Below, in pieces: positions 52,253 through 63,933 of a stretch of 63,933 bases of DNA. Under the pieces are notes generated by a model, which saw only the letters and a list, made by a program, of their open reading frames with translations, searched no databases and was not told the origin of the DNA. Location of the stretch: the NCBI RefSeq assembly GCF_004010195.1, contig NW_025215377.1, forward strand, positions 52,026 through 115,958. Reading direction: 5' to 3'. Position 1 is the stretch's first letter; each line of letters starts with the position of its first letter. Made by a program: the position numbers and the translations under genes. Source of the DNA: Chiloscyllium plagiosum (lineage: Eukaryota).

Positions 52253-52665
52253 CAAAGGTGGGGAACCTTTTCATGTTGGAAGGCCGCATTATGTTAGTTG
52301 TAATCTAATAAGGCCGCATCCAAGAAACTTCAATTATATATTCCTCAAAATTCACAGTAGTTAGATTTTTACAAAATAATATGTACTAACTAACTAAAAT
52401 AACTAAATCATGAGCATAGCAGGTGTTGAAATAGCCCTTATGACTTACCAATTTCTTAACTGTGGCGGTCAGTCTGTGAGGATTATTTCGCTGAATTTTC
52501 TTTTACTCTCTGGTATTTTAAATACATTCATTTTAAGATTAAAATAAAAATAATAAAGGTAAAAAAAAACATATTAATAAAAAATAAAAGATTTGTTCTG
52601 CAAAGTTTGGATTCATTCAAAAGGCCACACACAATGGCCCAGAAAGCCGCAGGTTCCCACCCCTG
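52253..52665. mobile_element. Non-autonomous hAT (Charlie-like) DNA transposon
   Basis: TIRs caaaggtggggaacct / aggttcccacccctg, subterminal ggccgca motifs, AT-rich interior, flanks ggttaaaac / ggttaaac consistent with an 8-bp TSD. Confidence 0.72.
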
Positions 52666-53391
52666 GGTTAAACGTTCACAAGATACCCTTGCCTTTGCTT
52701 TTACACAATCTATCTCAGTTAGTAAAGAGGTTACACTAAATTCGTTATAAAACGCCGGTCAGCTGGACAATCGTGTCAAACTCTGGGAAGCTCACATTTA
52801 CATAGTGGTTCCTGGGATGAGAGATTTCAGAATATGGAAATACAAGACAGCTTTTTTTTTAATTTGATCGTGGACGTGAGCCTTGTGTGGCTGGGAAAAC
52901 ACATATTGTCAATTCATGATTTCCTTTGGGAAGATGGGGGTGAGCTGCCTTCTTGAACCACTGCAGTCCATGTGCTGTGAGTGGACCCACAATGCCATTA
53001 GGGAGGGTATCCCAGGATTGTGACCCAGCAACACTGAAGAAGCAGTGATATATTTCCCAGTCAGGATGGTGCGTGGCTTGGTGGGGGAACTTGCACGGGA
53101 TGGTATTCCCAGTGGGAGGTACTCCATGGAATACAGAGGTTAAGGAGAGATTATAGAGGTGTTCAAAATCATAAAAGGTTTCAACAGAATAAATTGCTTC
53201 CAGCAGCAGGTGGGTCCGTTACCAGAGGACCACAGATCTGAAGAGAAGAGGAAGCAACATTGGATAAACAAATTTTATGCCAGGAAGTATTTTCGTCGAC
53301 AATAAATGCCTGAAGAGGAATGCATCCCAGAAATAACTGTAAATCAAGAAGTGAGAGAAAAGGCAGAACCTAAAACAATTGCAATCACATG

Positions 53392-53862
53392 GTTCAGAAA
53401 AGGTTTACAAGAATGATTTGAGCTACAGGGAGAGGCTGAACAGGCTGGGTCTGTTTTCCCTGGAGTGTCAGAGGCTGAGGGATGACCTAATAGAGGTTTA
53501 CAAAATTATGAGGGGCATGGATAGGGTAAATAAGCAAAGTCCTTTCCCTGGGGTCAGGGAGTCCAGAACTAGAGGGCATAGGTTTAGGGTGAAAGGGGAA
53601 AGATATAAAAGAGACCTAAGGGGTAACTTTTTCACACAGAGGATGGTACGTGTATGGGATGAGCTGCCAGAGGAAGTGGTGGAGGTTGGTACAATTGCAA
53701 CATTTAAGAGGCATTTGGATGGGTATATGAATAGGAAGGGTTTGGAGGGATACGGGCTGGGTGCTGGCAGGTGGGACTAGATTGGGCTGGGATATCTGGT
53801 CGGCATGGACGGTTTGGCCGAACGGTCTGTTCCCATGCTGTACATCTCTATGACTCTATGAC
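53392..53862 (+). mobile_element. CR1 (HER1-like) 3' end
   Basis: LSYRERLNRLGLFSLE...TRGHRFRVKG...FKRHLDGYM; tail ctctatgactctatga. Confidence 0.92.
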
Positions 53863-54029
53863 ATGGGAAACAGGACTTTGAAAAAATTGCAGAACAAAAA
53901 ACTGACATAGGCAAACCAAACCCAAGACACTAACTCCTTTTCTCCCTCCACAGATGTTGTCAGACCTGCTGAGTTTCTCCAGTGTTCTTGGTTTTGGTTT
54001 TAAAAGAAGTGGCAAATGTAATGGTTTTA

Positions 54030-55445
54030 ACTTTTCAAAATTCCCTAGGTTCTGAAAAAGTCCCATCAGAGTGAAAAATATTGAATGCAACCCCTCCTTC
54101 AAGAAAGGGAAATTGCTATATTTGAGATTACAGCAGAGCACTTAGAAAATCTCTATCAGACAATGTCAAGTTCAGTTGTTAACTTTAAAGGCATGTAAAA
54201 GAGTTATCCCAGAGAGCAGCAACGATTTCATTAAATAGGGGACAAAGCTCAAGGGCTGAATGGCTTCATGTTTCTACAATATGGTTTTGTGAAAGAGAAA
54301 CTGTGTTTTAATAATTCATTAGAGCTCTTTGAGGATGTAACAAGCAGCATAGAGAAAGGGGAACCAGTAGATGTAATATACTTGGAGCTGCAGAAAACGT
54401 TTGAATACCACAAATATTTGGACAGTGAATTGGTTAATTAACAGGAAAAAACAAGAGTAGGCACAAATGAGTTATTTTCAAACAGACAAAACGTAAATGA
54501 CTGGTGTGCCACAGGGATCAGTAACGGGATCTAAGCTATTTACAATCTATAGCAATCACTTGGGATAAAGGGACTGAATTATGATTGCTAAATTTGGTAA
54601 TGGCACAAATAGTGGTGTAAGAAGGACATAAAGGTCAACAAAAGGATACAGGTCAATGAAGTGAGTGGGAAAAAATGTGGCAGATGGAGCACAGGGTGGG
54701 AAAATGTGAACTTTCCTGCTTTGGCAGGAAGATTAAAAATTATTTAAATGAAGAGAAGCTGCAAAACTCTGAGGTACAGAGGGATATGGGTGTCCTGGTG
54801 CATGAATCACAAAAAAGTTCAACTGCAGATACAGCCAGTGATTAAGAAAGCAAATGGAATGTTGTTGTTTATTGCACAGGAATGGAACATAATAGTCAGG
54901 ACGTTTTGCTACAGTTGTACACGGTTCTTTTGAGACCATATCTGGAGCGCTGAGTACAGTTTTGATTTCTTTGTTTAAGAAAGGACACAACTGCTCTAGA
55001 AACTATTCAGAGAAGGTTCACTCCACTGATTGCTGAAATGAAGCGTTGTCTTCAAGGCAAGGTTAGAGGGGTTGGGCCTGTAGCCATTGCGGTTTAGAAG
55101 AGGGAGAAGGGATTTTATTGAAACATACAAAATCCTGAGGGGATTTGACAGGGTGGGGACTGAAAGGGTGTGTCCTCTTGTAAGAAAGATAAGAACCATG
55201 GACATAGTTTAAAAATCCTATTTCAGACGGAGAACTAGTAATTTTCTCAGAGGTTAGTGAGTGAGGAGGAGACAGAGTCATTGACTATTTTAAGGCTGAG
55301 TTAGGTAGATTCTTGACTGTCAATGGAATCAAAGAGATAGTGGGTAAGAGAGGAAAGAAGGAGCAACAGTCAGATCAACCAGAGTTACTAAATGGTAGAG
55401 CAGGCTTGAGGGGCTGAACAGCTTCCTCCCGTTCCTCAACAATAT
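54030..55445 (+). mobile_element. Older CR1 RT to 3' end, decayed
   Basis: PVDVIYL, GVPQGSV and IKKANGMLLFIA remnants with many frameshifts. Confidence 0.75.
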
Positions 55446-55611
55446 GCACATAAAATGGAATTAAATTAGACAATATTTGAAAGTGAACTAAACATACTTG
55501 TTGGGCTATGGGAACTAGTCAGGGGTCAGGACAAACTACATAATTCTTTAACGCAGCTAACACAAACACATGGAGTAAATGGCTATTCCTGTCCATTTAC
55601 AGAGAGACTGC

Positions 55612-56068
55612 CCACGACCGACATTACACCGCACTACAGTCAGACCGCCAGTGACCGACATTACACCGCACTACAGTCAGACCGCCAGTGACCGACATTA
55701 CACCCCACTACAGTCAGACCGCCAGTGACCGACATTACACCGCACTACAGTCAGACCGCCAGTGACCGACATTACACCGCACTACAGTCAGACCGCCAGT
55801 GACCGACATTACACCGCACTACAGTCAGACCGCCAGTGACCAACATTACACCCTGTTACAGTCAGACCGCCAGTGACCGACATTACACCCTGTTACAGTC
55901 AGACCGCCAGTGACCAACATTACACCCTGTTACAGTCAGACCGCCAGTGACCGACATTACAGCCCACTAGTCAGACCACCAGTGACCGACATTACACCGC
56001 ACTACAGTCAGACCGCCAGTGACTGACATTAGACCCCACTACAGACAGACTGCAATGACATTACACCT
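55612..56068. repeat. 37-bp minisatellite, about 12 copies
   Basis: Head-to-tail unit gaccgacattacaccgcactacagtcagaccgccagt with no spacers. Confidence 0.95.
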
Positions 56069-56582
56069 TAATGCTTTCGAGCAATAACCTGTATTTGAAC
56101 AGCCCGACAATGGTCACTCTCCACTACAACACTTGCGAGAGGATCTGCTGTTATACAGATCCTTCCTTAACCTTGGGCAACTGAAAGGATGTCACAGCCA
56201 ACAATACACAGGCGTGATTTCCAAATGAGGGGAGAAATCTGGAACTCCTTCCCCCCAAAAAACGATACTCAACTGAACATATCAAAACAGACACTAATAG
56301 TTGTTTGTAAGATAAGAATTTTAAGGGCTGTGGAGCCAAGATGATCAGATACAGTTGTCACAATGAGGCATGATCCCACTGATTGGAGGGACAGGCTCAA
56401 GGGGCTGATTCATCTCTTCCCTTTCCCAAGCTCGTTTAGTGTCTGTCCCCAACAAGTTGAACTGATAGAATGACTATTTCAATGAGTTTGCACAGATACC
56501 ATGGGCTGAATGGCCTCCTTCTATACTGTAAGATTCAATTATGTAAAGTTTGTGAGCAGACTAACCAAAAGCAATTCCTTAC

Positions 56583-56711
56583 CAGCCTCAAGCAGCAACT
56601 GGATTGTCTGGTAGTCGTCAGCCAGGACGGCATAGTGCAGTGCGGTGCAGCCACGGAAACTGGCACGTGTGTTCAACCGGTTACTGAACTCATCCTCTCT
56701 GGTCACTAGCA
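56583..56711 (-). CDS. CLPB: CLPB/Skd3 coding exon (129 nt, phase 1-1), ankyrin-repeat region
   Basis: Translates (V)[42 protein letters not shown](G), matching vertebrate [38 protein letters not shown]. Acceptor tttttttgcccacag, donor gtaagg. Confidence 0.96.
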
Positions 56712-58869
56712 CTGTGGGCAAAAAAAAATGGCAAACATCATTATAAATAATGCCTCTGTTGGTTTTAATAGCCATGGAGAAATCTTCAGCACAATATCAG
56801 GTTGATGGTCGTACTGCACTAATGATGGAGTGCCACATTGTCAGAGGGTCAGCACTGAGGGAATACCACACTGTCAATACTGACCATACTTTAATGATGC
56901 TTCACTGGTTTTTGAATGCTTCGGGATGCCGAGGGCACAATGGAAATGTCAGTTTTTCATTCCCTTGCCTTGCTCTTTTCTAAGAGGATTGCTCCCAGCT
57001 CCTCTGGTCAATCACAGCCATTCACCCCTGGTAGCATGAAGTGAATCTTCGCTGCTATCCTGACCCTGGGCCTTGACATCCCAAAACCAAGAGAAGGAGT
57101 GACTATTTTGGGTCAGGGAGGGAGGAAGGATGCACTAACATCTTGCCAGATTTTCAGTGACTATGTCTCCATGGGGTTCCAACTCTATAGTTCCAATCTT
57201 CATGAATTTGCCTTTAAGGATTTCACAATGAGAAAGAAGACCTAGAAACAGAAAACCAAACATGACACCTGGAAGTGTAAGAGGCTGTGTGCGTGTGTTT
57301 TTAAAAATTATTTACTGGGCGGAGACCCCTTTTATTTCAGACGTTGAAAGTGTAACGAACAGCAGTTGCCACGGAAGATGAATATCAGATACTAGCAACC
57401 ACCGCTATAAAAAGATTAAAACATTATTGTTGTTTTCCCCCATGGTTCGACGTGACAGAGCAGTCATCATTTGTAAAAAATGTCTGTGCATGAGATAACT
57501 ACAGAAAACTCAATAAAGTGTCAGCTGGAGAATCCTGCACCATCCATCACCTGGAGCTGGCTGGAAAATTTCACTTCTTTGTCTCTGCAGGCACTGAAAC
57601 AGATGCTGGCAATATTTCCGTAACATTTGACAATTAAAAACAAACAAAACAAAAAGAGGAAAGAGATAGAGACAGGGAGAGATATAGGTAGAGGGTAAGA
57701 GAGAAAGAGAGAGGGCACAAAAGATAGAGACCAGCAGTTTAGTGCAGGAGAGAAGAGATGGAAATAAATAATTGAATTGCAAACAAAAATAAAATAACTC
57801 TCCTGATTTCATTTGTTTAGACAGATTGATTTTCCTATGTTTTAAAGTTATTCGACTTGAATCCAGTTTCTTTTCAAAATGAAGTCGGGGTAGGCGCCTA
57901 ATAAAAGACTTGCCCAAGTACAGTGGACTGAATGGTATCTCCTTTATTGTCTGAATTTAGATCAGGTCTTGTCACGTTTATCGCTTGGAACAAATTATGT
58001 TGATGAGCTACGTTGGAAAATTTGGCAGCCATTCTATGCATGGCAAGATCCCAGAAAGGGGTCTCTCCTATTTGTCGGATTGCTTTTCGGTTTTGTTTTC
58101 AGATGAGACATTAATGGGGAGATCAAGGTCTGTGATAATTTACTTCTAAGTGTGTCTGTGCTGAGCACATCCAATTGTGGTACATTCGGGTTCAGCAGGA
58201 TCATGGTTGGTGGGAGGGAGAGCAATTTCAATCAGAACCCCCCGGGTTACTGGCAATTCCCAGTAAGTACTGAACCAAGACAGGGATCTTTTTAATGACA
58301 CTGCCCCAACCTGTAAGGTTACAACATCCTCCTCATCCACCACTGGGAAAGCAGAACTTCCTGAAATGAGGTGCCTGGTGAAGAATCTGTTACTGAGATA
58401 GCACCATCCCTCAACACTAGGTCCCTTTGCACTGTAACTTACTCAGTGCACAAACTCAGGGTGGTGATGGCAAAAAGGCATCTTGGACCTCAACGAATGA
58501 AATGAAAACGTTATCACCATTACCTGTTGAAACTTAAGAATTAAGAAAAGTAAAGAGGAATGACAAAAAAAGAAAGTGAGTGAAAAGATAAATAAAGTAC
58601 ATAATGAGGAATAAAGCACAGGACTTTAGACTGGAAGAGAGTTCTGTGAGGGTTTTGGGGAAACAGGATTCCAGAATGTCTGCAGACTTGAACAACAGGG
58701 TTCTTATAAGAGGGGTTTCCATTGAATGCCAATCGTTTGAAGGGATAGATGCCCTGTTAATGTGATGCTGGCTCAACCATCCCTACTTGCCCTTGGGAAG
58801 ATGGTGATGAGCTGCCTGCTTGAATTACTGCAGTCCATGTGCTGTAGATAGGCCCACATTGCATTCGGA

Positions 58870-59330
58870 ATAAGGTGGACTAACTGACCGTGCAAACCAG
58901 GGTGGATATGATCTCATTGCCATTACGTAAACATGGTTACAAGGAGATCAAAACTGGGGACTTAACATTCGGGGATATTTGACCTTTCAGAGAGACAGGA
59001 CAGATAGAAAAGGTGATGGGATAGCACTGTTATTAAGACATGAAAGGAAGATAGCTGTGAGAGATGATCTAGGCTTCGCTGATGCAGAATCCATTTGTTG
59101 GGGGTAAAAAACAGCAAAGAAGACATTGTTAGGAGTGATGTCAGACCCTGAAACAGTAGCCAATCTGTGGGAAAAGCTATTACTCAACAAATCATAGGAA
59201 AATATGAAAAGAATACAGCAATAATTATAGGTGACTTTGATCTTTATGTTGATTGGATTGACCAAATTGAAATGGGTAGCTACAACAACAAATTCAAAGT
59301 GCGTTAGGGATGGTTTGCCTAATGCTATTT
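58870..59330 (+). mobile_element. CR1 endonuclease-region fragment, decayed
   Basis: YDLIAITxTWLQGDQNWGLNIRGY, GDGIALL and IIIGDF remnants. Confidence 0.7.
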
Positions 59331-59904
59331 CTTTAGTGATGGGGATAGTTCCTAATTCCTCGCTAGTATTCTTTAGTACTAGTTCTTTTGTACTAATGGG
59401 ATGTAAAGACTGAGGCAGAATATCTGGTTAATTCCTCTATTTCCCCAAAACTGTCTCCCCAGATTCAAAGGAGCCTCTATTCACCCACAGCGATTTGGTT
59501 GACTCTCAACTGCCCTCTGAAATGGGAAAGCAAGCCATTCAGCTCAAGAGCAACTAGGGATGGGCAATAAATGCTGTTCAGCCAGCAACTCTCACATCCC
59601 ACAAGTGGATTAAAAAAAAACAGAGAGGTGCAACTTGTGTCAATTTGCAATTCACAGAATAGCTCTCCATCAATCCAAGGTTGACACCTTGTTAAAATGA
59701 GTACCATCAAACAAGCCATTAACTGGTGAGCAAATACCAGGCCTATATTGAGTCCTCCACTCTGAGTTTCAAAACTCCTTTCCTAAAGGCCAGATTCACA
59801 GTGGAGAATGTATTATATATATTCTCATATCGTGTATCATTGAGTTTGGGGATTTTTGAGTTCAAACAGTGACATATGGGTGTTCTGTGTGTCTGAAGAC
59901 GTTT

Positions 59905-60722
59905 ATAGAGTCATAGAGATGTACAGCACGGAAACAGACCTTTCCGTCCAACTCGGCCATGCCAACCAGATATCCCAACCCAATATACTCCCACCTGCCA
60001 GCACCTGGCCCATATCCCTCCAAACCCTCCCTTTTCATATACCCATCCAGATGCCTTTTAAATGTTGCAGTTGTACCAGCCTCCACCACTTCCTCTGGCA
60101 GCTCATTCCACACACACACCACCCTCTGCATTAAAAGGTTGCCCCTTAGGTCTCTTTTATATCTTCCCACTCTCACCCTAAACCTATGCCCTCTAGTTCT
60201 GGACTCCCCGACCCCATGGAAAAGACCTTGTCTATTTATCCTATCCGTGCCCCTCAATTTTGTAAATCTCTATAAGGCCACCCCTCAGCCTCCGACGGTC
60301 CAGGAAAAACAGCCCCAGCCTATTCAGCCTCTCCCTATAGCTCAAATCCTCCAACCCTGGCAACATCCTTGTGAATCTTTTCTGAACACTTTCAAGTTTC
60401 ACAACATCTTTCCGATAGGAAGGAGACCAGAACTGCACGCAATATTCAACCGTGGCCTAACCAATGAGCTATACAGCCGTAACATGACCTCCCAACTCCT
60501 GTACTCAATACTCTGACCAATAAAGGAAAGCATACCAAACGCCTTCTTCACTATCCTATCTGCCTGCGATTCCACTTTCAAGGAGCTAAGAAACCTGCAC
60601 TCCAAGGTCCCTTTGTTCAGTAACACTCCCTCGGACTTTGTTCAGTAACACTCCCATTAAGTGTATAAGTCCTGCTAAGATTTCCTTTCCCAAAATGCAG
60701 CACGTCAGATTTATCTAAATTT
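59905..60722 (-). mobile_element. CR1 (HER1-like) 3' portion
   Basis: QFWSPSYRKDVVKLESVQKRFTRMLPG; tail atagagtcatagag at the left end. Confidence 0.92.
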
Positions 60723-61315
60723 AATGATTAGCTTATAGGTATTTCTGTAACTACAGCGATTTTTTTTTAAAATTACTGTGTGAGAGAATGTCTTCCTGGA
60801 GGATGGTGGGTTTTTGTTTACATTGGGAGAATTGCATGGGCAAACAATGTAAAAAGCTGTTTATTAGAAGGTCAGGGATTCATGTTTTTCTTGTGATTAG
60901 GGGATATACCTATAGTTTTGATGGAAAAGTTTTTATATTCTTAGTCTGGACAGTTCTTCGAGATTCTGGCTAATGCTGGCTATGTAAAGCAGTTGCTCCT
61001 CAGACAGGGAAAGATAGTTTAGAATTGTTAAAAAAGAAATTACCTTAGTGTAAGGAATTTAGTGCAAGTTCCATATCAGAAGTGTTGGGTTAAAACCCTG
61101 AAGGGGTTATTTGAAGCTAAGAAAATTTAAGCATGGGTGAATGAAGGTTCCTAGAAGAATCTCAGGTTCTGAAGACCAGAACTTGAGACCACGGTTAAAT
61201 TATGAACTATAGGGATATATAGAGAAGGAATTCTCTCTATTATAAAAGAATGCTTTGGGGATTAATGGGATTATATTTTTACTACATGTTTTAAAGTCTT
61301 TAAATATTATATATA

Positions 61316-62498
61316 AGTTGATTGATGAGGGCAGAGCAGTAGATGTGATCTATATGGACTTCAGTAAGGCGTTCGACAAGGTTCCCCATGGAAGACTGAT
61401 TAGCAAGGTTAGATCTCATGGAATACAGGGAGAACTAGCCATTTGGATACAGAACTGGCTCAAAGGTAGAAGACAGAGCGTGGTGATGGACGGTTGTTTT
61501 TCAGACTGGAGGCCTGTGACCAGTGGAGTGCCACAAGGATCGGTGCTAGGCCCTCTACTTTTTGTCATTTACATAAATGATTTGGATGCAAGCATAATAA
61601 GTACAGTTAGTAAGTTTGCAGATGACACCAAATTTGGAGCTGTAGTGGACAGCGAAGAGGGCTACCTCAGATTACAACAGGATCTGAACCAGATGGACCA
61701 ATGGGCTGAGAAGTGGCAGATGGAGTTTAATTCAGATAAATGCGAGGTGCTGCATTTTAACAAAGCAAATCTTAGCATGACTTATACACTTAATGGTAAG
61801 GTCCTAGGGAGTGTTGTTGAACAAAGGGACCTTGGAGTGCAGGTTCATAGCTCCTTGAAAGTGGAGTCGCAGGTGGATAGGATAGTGAAGAAGGCATTTG
61901 GTACGCTTTCCTTTATTGGTCAGAGTAGTGAGTACAGGAGTTGGGAGGTCATGTTGCGGCTGTACAGGTCATTGGTTAGGCCATTGTTAGAATATTGTGT
62001 GCAATTCTGGTCTCCTTCCTATTGGAAAAATGTTGTGAAACTTGAAAGGGTTCAGAAAAGATTTACAAGGATCTGAGGGAGCTGGGGCTGTTTTCCCTGG
62101 AGCGTCGTAGGCTGATGGGTGACCTTATAGAGGCTTACAAAATTATGAAGGGCATGGATAGGATAAATAGGCAAAGTCTTTTCCCTTGGGTCGGGGAGTC
62201 CAGAACTGGAGGGCATAGGTTTAGGGTGAGGGGGAAAGATATAAAAAAGAGACCTAAGGGGCAACTTTTTCACACAGAGGGTGGTACGTGTATGGAATGA
62301 GCTGCCAGAGGATGTGGTGGAGGCTGGTACAATTGGAACATTTAAGAGGCATTTGGATGGGTATATGAACAGGAAGGGTTTGGAGGGATATGGGCCGGGT
62401 GCTGGCAGGTGGGACTAGATTGGGTTGGGATATCTGGTCGGCATGGACGGGTGGACCGAAGGGTCTGTTTCCATGCTGTACATCTCTATGACTCTATG
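61316..62498 (+). mobile_element. Young CR1 (HER1-like) LINE, RT domain to 3' end
   Basis: Open frame of about 250 aa with YMDFSKAFDKV, GVPQGSVLGPLLF and KFADDTK; tail ctctatgactctatg. Confidence 0.95.
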
Positions 62499-63104
62499 TT
62501 TGGTTAATTCTATTTTATCTTCACTTCTTTTACATAATAAGCTTCTGTTTTATTGTTAAACTGGAATCTGCAGCATGGATGATTGTGTTTCAGTGAAAGA
62601 CTATCTCATTCAAATTCCCCCAAAAATATGATCCATTCAGCCAATCTGGATTTGCCTTTTCCAGTAACAACATCAGCCAGGATCATAAAAAGAATCTCCA
62701 AGGAACTTTGCAAACCTTTCTTGGGGTGACCCTGAGGGTGAGGATCTTTATCACACTTATGTAAACGTACTGGGGAAAAAGAAGACCTGTTGTTGAAGCC
62801 TTTCATCATATGAACATTTAAACAGGAAACAGGACTAGGCCACTCATCCCCTCGAGACTGTTCCATCATCATGCCTGATCTGTCTACCCCATCTTTCTGC
62901 TTACCTTCGATAATCTTTCATCCCCTTGCTTATAAAGTATCAATCTATCTTTGCCTTAAAATATTCAAGAAATCTGTCTCCACTTTGGAAGAGAGCCCCA
63001 AAAAGTCACACCTTTATGAGATTACATTTCTCCAAATCTCTGTCTTGTAGTCATCAGGACAGATGCAAGAATGTCAAATCTCAAAGGGAGCAACACAGCA
63101 TTGT

Positions 63105-63433
63105 GGGCGGCACGGTGGCACAGCAGTTAGCACTGCTGCCTCACGGCGCCAGAGACCCGGGTTCAATTCCCGCCTCAGGCAATTCTCCGTGTGGAGTTTG
63201 CACATTCTACCCATGTCTGCGTGGGTTTCCTACAGGTGCTCTAGTTTCCTCCCACAATCACAAAAATGTGCAGGTTAGGTGAATTCGCCCTGCTAAATTG
63301 GCCGTAGTGTTAGGTGAAGGGGTAAATGTAGGGGAATGGGTCTGGGTGGGTTGCGCTAGCTGTGGACTTGTTGGGCCGTAGGGCCTCTTTTCACACTGTA
63401 AGTAATCTAATCTAACCTAATTAATCTAAATCA
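63105..63433 (+). mobile_element. HE1-like V-SINE
   Basis: gggcggcacggtggcacagcagttagc head, B box gggttcaattcc, (taatc)n tail. Confidence 0.9.
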
Positions 63434-63499
63434 TGAGAACAAGGTACTGTTTGATTAGCACGTTGACTCTGATTGGCCAAGGCATTTCCCAGAAGAATG

Positions 63500-63690
63500 C
63501 ACCAAGAAATTACTGCCCCTGTCGTTTTTCCTGCAGAGGACAGATCCCTGCAAATGAACTTATGTAGCTTCTAACAGATGTGAATCACATTGTGCCCTGA
63601 CTGATAAATTCAAATTGGTTGCTAGTCTCATTTTTACAGCGATCAGGATTGTTCAGCAAGTGCTGTCCAATCGCAGAATCAAACCTATAT
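63500..63690 (-). mobile_element. Decayed PLE GIY-YIG C-terminal fragment
   Basis: DSAIGQHLLNNPD...NQFEFISQ followed by an LLEAT...GSVLCRK remnant. Confidence 0.65.
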
Positions 63691-63707
63691 CGATTATGAG
63701 GTAAAGC

Positions 63708-63933
63708 ACCTCCGCCCTCAGACCCAACCCCTCCAACCGCAACAAGGACAGAACGCCCCTGGTGCTCACCTTCCACCCTACCAACCTTCGCATAAACCAA
63801 ATCATCCGCCGACATTTCCGCCACCTCCAAACAGACCCCACCACCAGGGATATATCTCCCCCCCCCCCCCTCTCCGCCTTCCGCAAAGACCGTCCCCTCC
63901 GTGACTACCTGGTCAGGTCCACGCCCCCCCTAC
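63708..63933 (+). mobile_element. Penelope-like element ORF fragment (RT thumb/linker), runs off the window
   Basis: Manual translation TSALRPNPSNRNKDRTPLVLTFHPTNLRINQIIRRHFRHLQTDPTTRDI...LSAFRKDRPLRDYLVRS; CpG-rich with no stops. Confidence 0.8.

Noticed and set aside
51633..52289. 218-aa minus-strand ORF
   Set aside because: Chance read-through across MITE end, unique sequence and CR1 fragments; no coherent domain.
55612..56068. 37-bp repeats resembling a CRISPR array
   Set aside because: Units are head-to-tail with no unique spacers, there are no cas genes, and the context is a vertebrate intron.
61255..62076. 273-aa reverse transcriptase ORF as an active or domesticated gene
   Set aside because: 5'-truncated CR1 copy with no endonuclease. 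The first residues come from flanking DNA and the frame breaks at about 62074.
56712..63933. Upstream CLPB exon or the optional ankyrin-insert exon known from human
   Set aside because: No matching peptide with splice sites was found by eye; it is presumably outside the window or absent.

Overview
Eukaryotic, repeat-rich genomic DNA. The repeat families (HE1-type V-SINEs, HER1/CR1 LINEs) point to a cartilaginous fish, most likely a shark. The whole window lies inside the minus-strand CLPB (Skd3) gene. Four in-frame coding exons (56583-56711, 30567-30664, 19472-19586, 4633-4710) cover the late ankyrin region through the start of the AAA+ Walker A motif. They are separated by introns of 25,918, 10,980 and 14,761 nt. 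The introns hold decayed CR1 and L2-like LINEs, three tRNA-type SINE families, hAT-like MITEs, minisatellites and Penelope-like element (PLE) remnants. The most notable structure is a set of short fold-back PLE-type insertions with 12-16 bp target-site duplications and minimal hammerhead-ribozyme cores. One of them (40637-41243) also carries an inverted copy of about 185 bp of adjacent host DNA. Several repeat-free, motif-dense blocks are candidate enhancers. Exon boundaries were read base by base. Boundaries of decayed repeats are approximate, and family names come from recall, not a database search.
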